Source: a virus (taxonomy: Duplodnaviria; Caudoviricetes). Taken from it: DNA of 64,000 nucleotides. Below the pieces are notes generated by a model. That model saw nothing but the letters and a program-made list of their open reading frames with translations, ran no database searches and was not told where the DNA came from. The position numbers and the translations under genes were made by a program. Location of the stretch: IMG/VR virus record IMGVR_UViG_2517572207_000003. The stretch is one strand, 5' to 3'. Positions 19,450-29,390 of the stretch are shown piece after piece. How positions within the stretch are numbered: the first letter of the stretch is position 1; each line of letters starts with the position of its first letter.

Positions 19450-19670
19450 CTTTGCTTCTGGCATTCTAAGTCCAATTTCTCCTTCTTGGTTTCGCCCCCG
19501 ACCATAGTCGATCATCACAAAATCCAATGTTCGGTTGACAGACTTTTTGCTAAATTTTCTTTGACCTTGCGTCTTTTGTCAGCGAATGTTGTGGCTGATA
19601 TACCATGAATACCTTTTTTATACTCTGCTCATATACTGTTGAGCTTTTAGATACAAAAGCTTTGCAGCAA
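19450..19670 (-). pseudogene. 3' remnant of a late transcription regulator homologous to 60720..61352
   Basis: ATTFADKRR...NRTLDFV.IDYGRG.N.EGEIGLRMPE shared. Confidence 0.75.
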
Positions 19671-20482
19671 GCCTTTCATGCACATCTCTAATGTTAGAGA
19701 TTGCAAAACGGATATTGTTTGTAATGAGGAAATAGAACTTGTAATGAGCTGTTACTCTTTAGAGCTATCCACATCCAGAATGCCACCCAAGGGTGAGCCA
19801 TCATCCAATCAGCTTATGGTCATGAGCGGCCACGCTCCACGGAATCGCTTATACTCTTCTGTTCTTTTAGGCTGTAATAGCTGAGCTCATGTTCAGGTTG
19901 CACACACTTTGACCTTTTATTGTCGTGGTAACCGTAGACCTTCAACAGACTTCTTGAGCCTGGCTATCTCGTTATCCTTTTGTTGCATAAGGGTTTCAAC
20001 GGCGATTAAATCATCGTTCTAGCCCTTAGCCACCTGTTGAAATCTCTATACCCCCTTTCTATATCTAGCTGCTGTGGTGGGTCTGGATCAATCCTTCCAC
20101 TATTGAATGGTTGTTGCTCCACATCTCATTTATATGTTTTTCCACACTCATCCGCCGTCTCGGCTCCATCCACTCTTTGCAGCATCAAATGGCATTTTAC
20201 AGTCATATACAATTAAAAATCCCTTTCCGCATTACTGTAAGTACACTGTCCGAATGCGTACATGCCTCTTCTTTCATCCGTAGGAGTATTTTTAAAATCG
20301 AAATCAACATTTTCAGTGAGGAAGAAACCTCTACATCTGGCATCATTACAACGATGCTTCGACAGACATTGTATAAGGCTGTTTTCTCTTTCTTTACTCC
20401 CTATGAGCTAAAATATGATATATCCTTACTGCCCTCAACAATGAATATGTTCTGCATAAACTATCAAAAAGGAGATGAGAAC

Positions 20483-20600
20483 ATGACTAGATTGTTAGAT
20501 GCTCGAACATCTCAAAACGCAAGTTACGGTAATACGATCTCAATTCCCTTGCCAGCCAATACTGCTGGTGCCATCGCGGAGCTTGGTTTAGATGTAACGG
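20483..20600 (+). pseudogene. 5' fragment of a spore-surface-like protein (MTRLLDARTSQNAS...)
   Basis: RBS AAGGAG; reading becomes unconvincing after ~40 aa. Confidence 0.35.
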
Positions 20601-20909
20601 AATGCCCTTTACTCTGTGAGTGTCTCCGAAACAAACCCAAACGCTGTACAAGTCGTCACCATCAATGCTTCTGATTACAATATCCCTCTACCACCATCAA
20701 ATGAATTGGTATATACCTTATATATATTTTGCACAGCAGATGCTACCCGAATAGGAATAGAAAGTTTTAATGCTGTTGCCTACTCGGATTAAAATTCACC
20801 GTAACACGGAGAACAAAGCCCTCTTATTTTTGTTTCATCTGCTCTTGGAGACAATAATTTCTATCTGTCGTTCATTTTTTGGTATAATTTACTTAAAGGG
20901 GGTGATCAA

Positions 20910-21131
20910 ATGGGAATTATGCTTATTCTTATTGCTATTGTTTTTTTCGCGCTTGGTATTTTAAGTAAACGGAAACCCACTTGGGGATGGCGTGCAAACG
21001 AAGCCTGGAAAATCAAAGGTGACTCAGAACCAAGCGACGCTTACATTGATGACATGAAATTTAGGGGCTCTGTATCTATTCTCTTTGGGTTCTTCTTCTT
21101 AGCATGTGGACTTTTGGTTATCTTCCTGTAA
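20910..21131 (+). CDS. DUF6199-like small 2-TM protein
   Basis: P..GW..NEAWK..GDSEPSDAY motif. Confidence 0.7.
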   Translation: MGIMLILIAIVFFALGILSKRKPTWGWRANEAWKIKGDSEPSDAYIDDMKFRGSVSILFGFFFLACGLLVIFL

Positions 21132-21549
21132 GCGCACTTCCTTAAACTTCAAAGCTCGACCAGCGAATGTAGTAGTAGTTCCATAACTAGCTTTATAGAT
21201 TTCATACTTTTCTTTTTTTGTTTCTAAACACTTCTTCGCGCCCTGCTGGCGTTTGTATTCTTTCCAGTCTACTTCATGAAACCAAAAGTATTTTCCGTAG
21301 CTATCCCTATAGGTCTCTATACAGAATTGAAGAAGTTCCTTCATTGATTTGTATGTATCTGCTCATGGCATGGATCGAACATGCCAAGGCATTTATCTTT
21401 ACACCGTGTCCGCTTCTAACTATTTAAAACCTAATTCAATAATTTTTTGTGGGGAAATTGTGGGGAGTACTGCGTAGTCCAAGAAAATGAAGCATTATCC
21501 TCAAACAAAAAAATCCCTCAACGCTTAGAGCGCCAAGGGATTCCACATT

Positions 21550-21602
21550 TTAGTAAAGCGTCAGATATTGATCACGTTCCCATTGATGTACTTGGGTTCT
21601 GT
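21550..21602 (-). other. glnA: prophage att core: duplicated 3' end of glutamine synthetase gene
   Basis: minus strand reads RTQVHQWERDQYLTLY*, matching the GlnA C-terminus; flanked by GGGGGAC x3 (21708-21737) and TGTGGGGA x2 (~21448-21467) arm-like repeats. Confidence 0.8.
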
Positions 21603-22035
21603 TTATGTACGAATTTATCACTTCATCTTTTCCTTTATTAGGATAGCGATTTATAGAACATTTCATCAGAAACGTTGTTCACAATCTATCATAACTTTTC
21701 ATGAATTGGGGGACGTTTGGGGGACACTTAGGGGGACGATTTTAAGACCAATGTAGGGCAGATGGGAATGAACCATTCTACCCCGTTTTACATACTACTT
21801 TACGAAAGTGAATTCATGAATCCATGAAGGAGCTTCTACTATTACAACGACCGGCAGAGTAGTCCCAAATACCTGAAGCATAGATAAGGTATAAATTTCA
21901 GCATTCTCTTTTTTAATGTCCCATTTAATCTTTAATCTGTGTATTTGCATTGATGCACGTCCTTTGTCGTATTTACTGGAGTGCCTCTCAGTGATATAAT
22001 TTGCAACGAATAGATGTCTACTGGAGGATCTCTGA

Positions 22036-22248
22036 TTGAAAATCTCCCGTGGGAGATGCCGACTTAAGGAGCTACTCGAAGAACGTCGTATAAAACAAAT
22101 CGATCTTGCTAGACGCACCGGCTACAGCAGACATTTGATTTCTAATTGGGCCAACAATCAGGATAAAATGTCTGCTGATGTTATGATTAACATAGCTTAT
22201 GCCCTCGATTGTAAAATGGAAGACTTATACGAACTGATCTTTGAGTGA
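22036..22248 (+). CDS. Cro/C1-type HTH regulator
   Basis: RLKELLEERRIKQIDLARRTG...IAYALDCKMEDLYE. Confidence 0.85.
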   Translation: MKISRGRCRLKELLEERRIKQIDLARRTGYSRHLISNWANNQDKMSADVMINIAYALDCKMEDLYELIFE

Positions 22249-22475
22249 GCCTGTTGGCTCTCCCTCGGATAAAAGTATGGTTGAACCATACTTTTTACAG
22301 ACAACTGTACTCCCCTCCCTTTTTTATTTTCCAAGTCAATTATGTCTATAATCGAACATATCAATTTTTGACATAACTATACTACTATTAAATCCCATTA
22401 TTAGGGGCTTGGCAACAAAAATTCGGGCGCTGAATGTCTCTTAATATTCGACATTATAAGACAAAAAAAGAGTCG

Positions 22476-22871
22476 CTATTTTGTAGCAACTCCAGTGAAG
22501 ATTATTTTCGAATTAATAAAACCCATTTCTTCAACAACCTCATCAAATCGATGGTAAGCAATTGGACACCTTTTCGATGTTTTTGTTACTTCATCTTCAA
22601 AGTAAGCATCTTTAAAGATACCATTAACAATCTTTACTTTTTCTACATTAAGAGTGTTGCTTCTATCCACATTTAAAAAACGATATCCGTTACTATTCAA
22701 AAAATTCTCCCAATGTCTCAAGGTTCCTACCATATAGTATGTTTTATCAAATGTATGAACCAGTATCTGGTCTCGCTTTCTCCCCTTAGAGATGAAAAGG
22801 ACTTTGTCTACTAAAACATTTTCTCCTCTTTCTATACCTCCAGGATCTGCCGATACGGTTAAACTTAGCAT
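22476..22871 (-). CDS. stand-alone LytTR DNA-binding protein
   Basis: GTL...F..VDRSNTLNVEKV LytTR pattern; no receiver domain. Confidence 0.75.
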   Translation of the reverse strand: MLSLTVSADPGGIERGENVLVDKVLFISKGRKRDQILVHTFDKTYYMVGTLRHWENFLNSNGYRFLNVDRSNTLNVEKVKIVNGIFKDAYFEDEVTKTSKRCPIAYHRFDEVVEEMGFINSKIIFTGVATK

Positions 22872-22885
22872 TTAACATTCCCCGC

Positions 22886-23032
22886 TTACTTTAACAATTC
22901 TTTCGGTGGTTCGGGACTGTGAATCCATGACAGACTTGCCGTGCTCACTGATGCAACTGCAAGTATTGTCAACATTGCAGCAATATTGTAATACATACTA
23001 GCCTTCACTTTACTCGGTTTGGTTTTCTTCAT
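22886..23032 (-). CDS. agrD: AgrD-like cyclic lactone autoinducer precursor (48 aa)
   Basis: MKKTKPSKVKASMYYNIAAMLTILAVASVSTASLSWIHSPEPPKELLK; RBS GGAGGTG; follows agrB. Confidence 0.85.
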   Translation of the reverse strand: MKKTKPSKVKASMYYNIAAMLTILAVASVSTASLSWIHSPEPPKELLK

Positions 23033-23564
23033 TTTTCACACCTCCTTCTATTAGTGTTAAACTCTGAACAAAAAAACTGGCAGCTACCACTGGAAAAGCC
23101 AACCACAGATTTAGAGCAACAATTGCAACTCCCATAAACTTTAGCAACGGATAGTGCTTCTTTGATATACGCGTCTTCCCCTCCACCCTCGATGGCGCGT
23201 AAATCAAGATAAGCACAATACTTATTATCGACGTAATAACGATCCAATTGTAATTAAAACTTGCGAAAGATAAAGCAGTAAGTAGAACTGTAGATACAAC
23301 AATACACACTATATTGCTCTTTAAATGTATTCCTCCTACAATTTGGCGCAACATTGAAAAAGATATCATAGCTAGCAAAGCTTCCTGCATTCTGTCCGTA
23401 AAAAATGAGATACCTATAGTCAGTAAAATAATTGAGACTGTATTGATCGCAACGGATATCCCGTGTTTTAGAACATCTATAGATGAAGGATGATCAGGGA
23501 CAACTGTTTTGATGTGAGTCGCAATATTAAGAGCGATGGTGTCAAGGCTTTTTATAGTAATCAC
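23010..23564 (-). CDS. agrB: AgrB-family peptide-processing membrane protein
   Basis: LRQIVGGIHLKS..C catalytic H/C motif; YAPS. Confidence 0.88.
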   Translation of the reverse strand: MITIKSLDTIALNIATHIKTVVPDHPSSIDVLKHGISVAINTVSIILLTIGISFFTDRMQEALLAMISFSMLRQIVGGIHLKSNIVCIVVSTVLLTALSFASFNYNWIVITSIISIVLILIYAPSRVEGKTRISKKHYPLLKFMGVAIVALNLWLAFPVVAASFFVQSLTLIEGGVKNEENQTE

Positions 23565-24174
23565 GCTCCGTTTTTAATGCATAATATAAAAACATGGCAG
23601 ATGCTAAGGCAATAAATAGAATACTCAAGAAGAAATTATTGACGTAAAACATAAATGCACAAGCTGCCAATACTCCTATTATTAAGATAATAACGAGTAC
23701 ATACTCCCACTTAAAACGTAGATTTTCATAATCTGCCGTAAAGCCTATTTTAAATTTATACAGGAACCACGAAATAGCTAACACCCATGCACTAGTTACC
23801 GCTTGCGCTAACGATCCTTCTGCTGAGGTCTGCATTTCTGTTGTCAAGGTACCAAAAAGCATTAATATAACCGCCGCTTGGAATAATGTGTACAAAAAAG
23901 TGCCTGTAATGGATATGATGGCTGCCCAAATAATCGGCATCCTAACAACAGTGGTTATTAATAACGTGAACAATATAATGTTTATGGTTGGAGCAAAGAA
24001 AGATAAAGATGTCTCTTCTCTCAAGATAAAGCTCTGCAAATTCATTATCAATCCAATAAACAATGCAGGCCATATATAGTCTAAGGCTCTAACTCTAAAA
24101 ATAGTTAACATTAAAACAAACGCCGCAAATGTTTCTACAGTCGAGAAAAGCAAGAACCGTACAGGCTCCCACAT
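23542..24174 (-). CDS. multi-pass membrane protein resembling the AgrC sensor domain, lacking a kinase domain
   Basis: ~6-7 TM, 210 aa, first gene of the agrB operon. Confidence 0.7.
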   Translation of the reverse strand: MWEPVRFLLFSTVETFAAFVLMLTIFRVRALDYIWPALFIGLIMNLQSFILREETSLSFFAPTINIILFTLLITTVVRMPIIWAAIISITGTFLYTLFQAAVILMLFGTLTTEMQTSAEGSLAQAVTSAWVLAISWFLYKFKIGFTADYENLRFKWEYVLVIILIIGVLAACAFMFYVNNFFLSILFIALASAMFLYYALKTERDYYKKP

Positions 24175-24298
24175 AACACATAACCCCTTCTCATAATTGG
24201 TAACAAATATGCTTTAATTCTATATTTGTTACTTGTTAGAGGCAATCCAATTACCATGTTAAATGGAAGTATTTATGTATTATGTGAGGTAATTATTT

Positions 24299-24631
24299 TC
24301 AGCCTGCCGATATAATATCCTCAAGCCTAATCCAACTAAAGTCATCTTCCCCACGAAACAGTTTTACTTCGCGTCTAGCGGTGTTAATTGACGTTACTAC
24401 ACCAGTCATGTCCGTATCGTCAAACGGGCTAAATACGGTCACGCTGACAGGCTGGCGTGAGTTGTAAGAGTCTATTAAAGCCTGCTCAATCAATTGTACT
24501 TCCTGGTCATCCAATTCTGGTTTACCGCGCCGTTGACGGTCTTTCATAAGTTTTAAGTATCCTTCTTTATGTTCGGGCAAAATGATGCGTGAACTCTCCC
24601 ATAAACCATTACCCTCAAGTCTCTTTCCCAT
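24299..24631 (-). CDS. YolD-like protein
   Basis: WESSRIILPEH, KPELDDQE, TGVV..I motifs. Confidence 0.85.
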   Translation of the reverse strand: MGKRLEGNGLWESSRIILPEHKEGYLKLMKDRQRRGKPELDDQEVQLIEQALIDSYNSRQPVSVTVFSPFDDTDMTGVVTSINTARREVKLFRGEDDFSWIRLEDIISAG

Positions 24632-24683
24632 TTATGTAGCCTCCTGTTGTGTTCTCCTGATGTGTTATGTAGAAATTATATTC

Positions 24684-24697
24684 CGAACACTTGTTCC
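24684..24697. promoter_or_regulatory. LexA box upstream of yolD-like gene
   Basis: CGAAC-ACTT-GTTCC. Confidence 0.7.
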
Positions 24698-24753
24698 TTA
24701 CAAGGGATATCATTTCCAGTACGCAAAAAAATAAACCTCAGATTATCCGAGGT

Positions 24754-25026
24754 TTAATATTCCGTAAAATATCTATTCGCATCACCCGGCGACATCGGTC
24801 TACTTCGTCCGCGCTCCCAGCCCTCTATAATAACGATATGCCGCGTATCTGACTGGTCTTCCCATGTAATATAATTGTCACTCTCCAAGGACAACAGACC
24901 CGACTTTATGTCCTCTACACTCCTACCTGTCTTAATCTCCAATTCCTGCATTGTAGGCATACGCCGCTGTTGTGCAAAAAAATTATAAAGTATCCTTAAT
25001 AACTTACGTTCGATGTCTGATAACAT
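24754..25026 (-). CDS. LexA N-terminal-like winged-helix protein
   Basis: LSDIERKLLRILYNF...RMPTMQEL...L..LE...YI. Confidence 0.75.
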   Translation of the reverse strand: MLSDIERKLLRILYNFFAQQRRMPTMQELEIKTGRSVEDIKSGLLSLESDNYITWEDQSDTRHIVIIEGWERGRSRPMSPGDANRYFTEY

Positions 25027-25056
25027 GTATGATCACTCCTCTGCAATTATTATATG

Positions 25057-25070
25057 CAAACAAGCGTTCG
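25057..25070. promoter_or_regulatory. LexA box upstream of wHTH gene
   Basis: CAAAC-AAGC-GTTCG. Confidence 0.55.
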
Positions 25071-25275
25071 TTATTCAACATAAAAAAATGCTCCGCTGGC
25101 AGCCTAATTGCCAGCGGAGCTAGTACTTTCTTTGGCACTTACGGGCTTAAAATAAACACGCCTACAGAGTGCCATTACATCTTAATCAGCATTTACAATG
25201 CGGAAATCAAGTTCAATTCAAACACTCACATAGAGTGCAGCTTTACGGTTAGGTTACTAAATAATTTGAGTTTAC

Positions 25276-25692
25276 TTACTTTGCAGTAGGGTAATCTTTA
25301 ACACCTAGTCTTTCCTTAAGCGCGTGCTGTAACACCTGTGAAAAGTTAATTTTCTCACGAGTAGCTTCCCGCTCAAGCCAGCGTGGAAGTGTGACATTTT
25401 TGGTCACTGCTTTGTTCATCATTTCGTCCCTGATCGTCCCCATCCTTATCTCGATCAAAGTGATGAAAGAATCGGGTGGCAATTGAATGCTCGCTGGATC
25501 AGAAGCTGGCGGAATCACTTCGTTGTCCTCTTCAAGGCCAAACAATTGCAGCTCTAAGCACTCCTTCGCCATTCGCAAAGCCTCAGACATATCATCGCCT
25601 TCTGTTATCGCTCCAGGAAGATCCGGAAAAGTGACTGTGTAACCTTTCACTTCACCCTTTTCAAATATTGCAGGGTAAATGTATTTATCCAT
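25276..25692 (-). CDS. hicB: HicB antitoxin
   Basis: YPAIF...YTVTFPDLPGAITEGD; C-terminal KNVTLP...INFSQVLQ. Confidence 0.92.
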   Translation of the reverse strand: MDKYIYPAIFEKGEVKGYTVTFPDLPGAITEGDDMSEALRMAKECLELQLFGLEEDNEVIPPASDPASIQLPPDSFITLIEIRMGTIRDEMMNKAVTKNVTLPRWLEREATREKINFSQVLQHALKERLGVKDYPTAK

Positions 25693-25718
25693 ATATATGA
25701 ACCTCCTTTTGAGGGGGG

Positions 25719-25907
25719 CTATTTAAGCCCCGCCTGTTTGAGTATTGTGTCTGCTGTTTTGGGGTCAAGGTCTTTTCTTGGATGCGGTACTGTGACGAGA
25801 CCCGACTTAGTAGGATGTTTGAATTGATGATGACTCCCTCTAACCCTAGCTAAGTACCACCCATCTGCTTCGATTATCTTTATCATGCTACGTGATGAGT
25901 AGTTCAA
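25719..25907 (-). CDS. hicA: HicA toxin
   Basis: GW...RGSHHQFKHP...VTVPHP.KDL; inverted repeat operator at 25941-25984. Confidence 0.92.
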   Translation of the reverse strand: MNYSSRSMIKIIEADGWYLARVRGSHHQFKHPTKSGLVTVPHPRKDLDPKTADTILKQAGLK

Positions 25908-26095
25908 ATCATATCCTCCTCTCTATATTTATTATAACACGCATAAAATATGCACGTCAATAAAATACATGCATATTTTATGCGCATGGCTTTAATAACA
26001 AATGATCCTTCTTAATAATTAAGGTTAGCAGGCCTTTTCCTCTCCAATACTTACCGCCTCACTACTTCATAAATGAGCGTTATAATTAATCTGAG

Positions 26096-26965
26096 GTGGT
26101 CTATTTGTTTATTTCTCCAATGTTACTTGAAACAGCGGCTGCCCCCTTTTCGGATTCGCGCTATATCTTCGAACCGAAAATAGACGGCCACCGCTTAATA
26201 TATTCGCAACAGAACGGCATTGTACGCTTATTCACGCGCCATAACAATGACTGCACACGCCAATACCCGGAGATAGCTAGCGTTACATTCCCGCATGACA
26301 TTGTGTTGGACGGTGAGATTGCGTGCGTTGATCCGACAACGGGTGTATCGGATTTTGAATCCGTTATGTCCCGCTTCCAGGCGAGGAAAACGGACAAGAT
26401 TACTAAGCTCGTAGCTGAATTACCGGCTACTTTCGTTGTCTTCGATGTCTTGAGCTTTAAAGGCGAGGACTTGCGGAGCCTTCCGCTTATGGAACGCAAG
26501 TCCATACTCGCTAGTCTAACGCTTCCTAGCCCTAGTTTCGGGGTTGTTCCGTATATTGAAGGCGCCGGGGAGGCGTTGTTCGAGCAGATAGAAGCGCGCG
26601 GCATGGAAGGCCTGGTCGCCAAGCGTAAGGATAGTATGTATATCAGCCGCCGATCAGCGTCCTGGCAGAAGGTCATTAACTGGTCCTATGCCGATGTGTA
26701 CATTACGGGTTATCGTAAAGAGGAATTCGGATGGCTTGTATCAGTGCCTAATGAGCGCGGTAACCTTCGTCCCGCCGGCATTATTGAGCACGGAGCTAGC
26801 CCAATGCACAAGAAGGCGTTCTATGGCGTCGTGGCACCGTTAAAGACCGATGAGGATCGCGAATTTGTTTACGTGGAGCCGCGCATAAGAGCCCGTGTTA
26901 AAATGCGAAACTGGACTAAGGCGGGTAACTTGCGGATACCAGTATTTACGGAATTTATAGTTTAA
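26096..26965 (+). CDS. ATP-dependent DNA ligase (LigD ligase-like)
   Basis: EPKIDGHR (motif I), LDGEI, FDVL, EGLVAKRKDS.Y...RS..WQK. Confidence 0.9.
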   Translation: MVYLFISPMLLETAAAPFSDSRYIFEPKIDGHRLIYSQQNGIVRLFTRHNNDCTRQYPEIASVTFPHDIVLDGEIACVDPTTGVSDFESVMSRFQARKTDKITKLVAELPATFVVFDVLSFKGEDLRSLPLMERKSILASLTLPSPSFGVVPYIEGAGEALFEQIEARGMEGLVAKRKDSMYISRRSASWQKVINWSYADVYITGYRKEEFGWLVSVPNERGNLRPAGIIEHGASPMHKKAFYGVVAPLKTDEDREFVYVEPRIRARVKMRNWTKAGNLRIPVFTEFIV

Positions 26966-26995
26966 ACAAAAGAAATTCCCGCCGACCAATTAAGG

Positions 26996-27226
26996 TTAGC
27001 GGGGATTTTTGTCTACTCTAAATTCAAATTGGTTCCGTATGTAATAAGCTCCAGCAATCTTAACCGAATCAGGCGAAAACTTTTCTATAGTGCCACCATA
27101 GTCTACAACCGATATAAAATCCTCGCCTAACGACTGAACAACGTACACCTTTACCTGGCTTAATGCAGCTGCAAATAGTTCTATATCTGACTTTAACACT
27201 TTATATGTATGGTTCATGTTGATCAC
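26996..27226 (-). CDS. small conserved phage hypothetical protein
   Basis: intact homolog of 1306..1518; RBS GAGGTG. Confidence 0.75.
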   Translation of the reverse strand: MINMNHTYKVLKSDIELFAAALSQVKVYVVQSLGEDFISVVDYGGTIEKFSPDSVKIAGAYYIRNQFEFRVDKNPR

Positions 27227-27477
27227 CTCAGAATAGGTTTTATGAGATATTCTTCGTTGTAGGTAATCTGTAACGGCTTTTCCATATTACCGAACATTTT
27301 TCTTAACAGCCTCAGAATGTGTACTCAATAGTAATTCCTGCTGGCAATTCTGGCCGGTGGTCATCCCATCTTTTCGTAGATCATAACATGGGTATGTTTA
27401 ATTAATGATTTTACTAGGCTATATAATGAGCAGAAGAAAAGCACCTATATAGGTGCTTTTCAAACAGAAAGCAATTC

Positions 27478-27957
27478 TCAACGATCAAAATCCCTCTTAA
27501 TATTCAAGCTATAACCAAGTCCTTTACCGTTACCACCCCAAGCCCCATCATGACCTATGACTTTAAAATAGATCACATCCCCAGGGAGCAGGCCACTAGT
27601 GCCACAGACATCATTCTTCCCTTGTCCATTGTCTTGAGCTTCAAGCACCTCTTCTTCACCTTTATCAGGATAGTAAGCAACTATATCATAATTGATATAT
27701 TGTTGACTTTTTAAAGTGGCAATTGCCGTCATTTCTTTGCTTCTCGAAGTATTTACTACTTTAAACCAATCTACATCATTTTTGTCCAGATATGATCCAA
27801 AATTAAAGTTACTACTTTGTACATTTAAGGCTGTTTCTCTAGTGTCATTCTGACCAGATATTGCGAAAGCACTTTGCGACAATGTCAATGTCAATGTCGC
27901 AGCAAAAAGGACTGATAATACCTTTCTTATTTTCATGTTTATTCCACCTTTCGTCAT
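27478..27957 (-). CDS. secreted protein with pre-peptidase C-terminal (PPC)-like beta domain
   Basis: signal peptide; NDTRETA, DVDWFKV, YSL motifs. Confidence 0.7.
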   Translation of the reverse strand: MTKGGINMKIRKVLSVLFAATLTLTLSQSAFAISGQNDTRETALNVQSSNFNFGSYLDKNDVDWFKVVNTSRSKEMTAIATLKSQQYINYDIVAYYPDKGEEEVLEAQDNGQGKNDVCGTSGLLPGDVIYFKVIGHDGAWGGNGKGLGYSLNIKRDFDR

Positions 27958-28058
27958 TATAAAGAATCAGCCGATTCGATTCTATTTTATTACATATCAT
28001 ATTAAGATTTGAGACGCGCTTGATTTACAATTATTGATATTTTGTAGATTATTTATTA

Positions 28059-28769
28059 TTATTTGCTTCCCATTTTTAGTCTATAAACTGCATCAAAATC
28101 TGACGGTCTCCATTCATAATTAACATTCCCTTCTTTCCAGGTTGTATGAAGTATGAGTTTTCTTTCCTGGCCAGAGGCATTTTGCTTATAACCAACAATA
28201 ACTAGAGCATGTCCGCCTTCTATTGATCTTCTATCATCTTGGTATCTTTTCATTGTTAGCCAAAGAGGTCTACCTGCATTAATTTCCTCTGTTATCAGAT
28301 TCCAAGCTTTTTCTTGTGCAGAGTTTGTGGCAAAACCATAGCCCCCAAATGAATATATGTACCCTACATCATCTAAATATCTAGCAAAGGCATTTACTGC
28401 TCGTACGAAGGGCACGCCGCCATCTTTGTCAGGATGGAAATATTTATCTGCCAAAATATCTTGTAGTTCATCATCTGATACGCCACGGTCAATTAATAAT
28501 GGATATCCATGACTCTCCCAATACTTGATAATCATAGCTGCCGATGATATGGTACATCCTCTTCCCCAATCGAAGTCGGGCACGTCTGAAATTCTTTTCA
28601 GTCCAATAATACTTGGGGTAATAACTTGAGTAATATCTGGAGTAGTAGATTGAGTGGAATAAGTAGAGTCCGTAACAGTGGTTACCTGATCAGCAAAGGC
28701 AGCGTTTTCAGGAAGTAAACCTACAACAACAGAACCAAGCAAAGCGGGAATCATAATTTTTTTAAGCAT
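28059..28769 (-). CDS. secreted C39-like cysteine peptidase
   Basis: signal peptide from MLKK; GCTISSAAMIIKYW, EINAGRP, GHALVIVGY. Confidence 0.8.
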   Translation of the reverse strand: MLKKIMIPALLGSVVVGLLPENAAFADQVTTVTDSTYSTQSTTPDITQVITPSIIGLKRISDVPDFDWGRGCTISSAAMIIKYWESHGYPLLIDRGVSDDELQDILADKYFHPDKDGGVPFVRAVNAFARYLDDVGYIYSFGGYGFATNSAQEKAWNLITEEINAGRPLWLTMKRYQDDRRSIEGGHALVIVGYKQNASGQERKLILHTTWKEGNVNYEWRPSDFDAVYRLKMGSK

Positions 28770-28943
28770 TTTGATCCTCCATTTTTTTGGTATTATATTC
28801 AATACATTTCCATAATATAGAACATTTCGCGATTCAACTGTGATTGATTTCACACAACACTATAATCTATTTACATCTAACCTAAATTCAAACTGATCAA
28901 TGAAAAAAGCTCTGCCAACCAATCAAGGTTAGCTGAGCTTTTG

Positions 28944-29390
28944 CTATTTAACGAAAAATTCAACTTTCGTTCCATCTTTATATTCATCCAATTTGTGACC
29001 TACCCACGATCCAGCTCCACGATTATCCTTTGGACTTATGTACTTAATGTCTGCACCCTTTCCACCTTCGGAACACATTGCCATAGGCCATCCATCTCGA
29101 TCCTTACCCTTCTTGGTGGGTACACCCTTTAGGGACAGCTCGCGATTATGGTCGGCTCCTTCACGGTCAATTGTGCATACTGGTGATTTTCCCGCCTGAA
29201 TGGCTTCCTTGATGTGCTGGGCCGTTTCTGGGTACTTGGCTGACGGAAACTCCAGCTTGACCGTATCGGCAGATACCTGCGTTACCGGAACGGATACAGG
29301 GTCGCTCTTAGTGGTCTTTACAACGTCTTGTTGTAGGCTGCAGCCAGCTAATAGGATTGTAATTAGTACGGTAAATATCCACCTAAACAT
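28944..29390 (-). CDS. NucA/NucB-family DNase lipoprotein
   Basis: LAGC lipobox; [16 protein letters not shown](G)[17 protein letters not shown]. Confidence 0.88.
   Translation of the reverse strand: MFRWIFTVLITILLAGCSLQQDVVKTTKSDPVSVPVTQVSADTVKLEFPSAKYPETAQHIKEAIQAGKSPVCTIDREGADHNRELSLKGVPTKKGKDRDGWPMAMCSEGGKGADIKYISPKDNRGAGSWVGHKLDEYKDGTKVEFFVK

Noticed and set aside
19678-20480. ORFs 19678..19884 and the 5' part of 20111..20674
   Set aside because: Look like chance frames across decayed minus-strand phage fragments; no RBS or motifs
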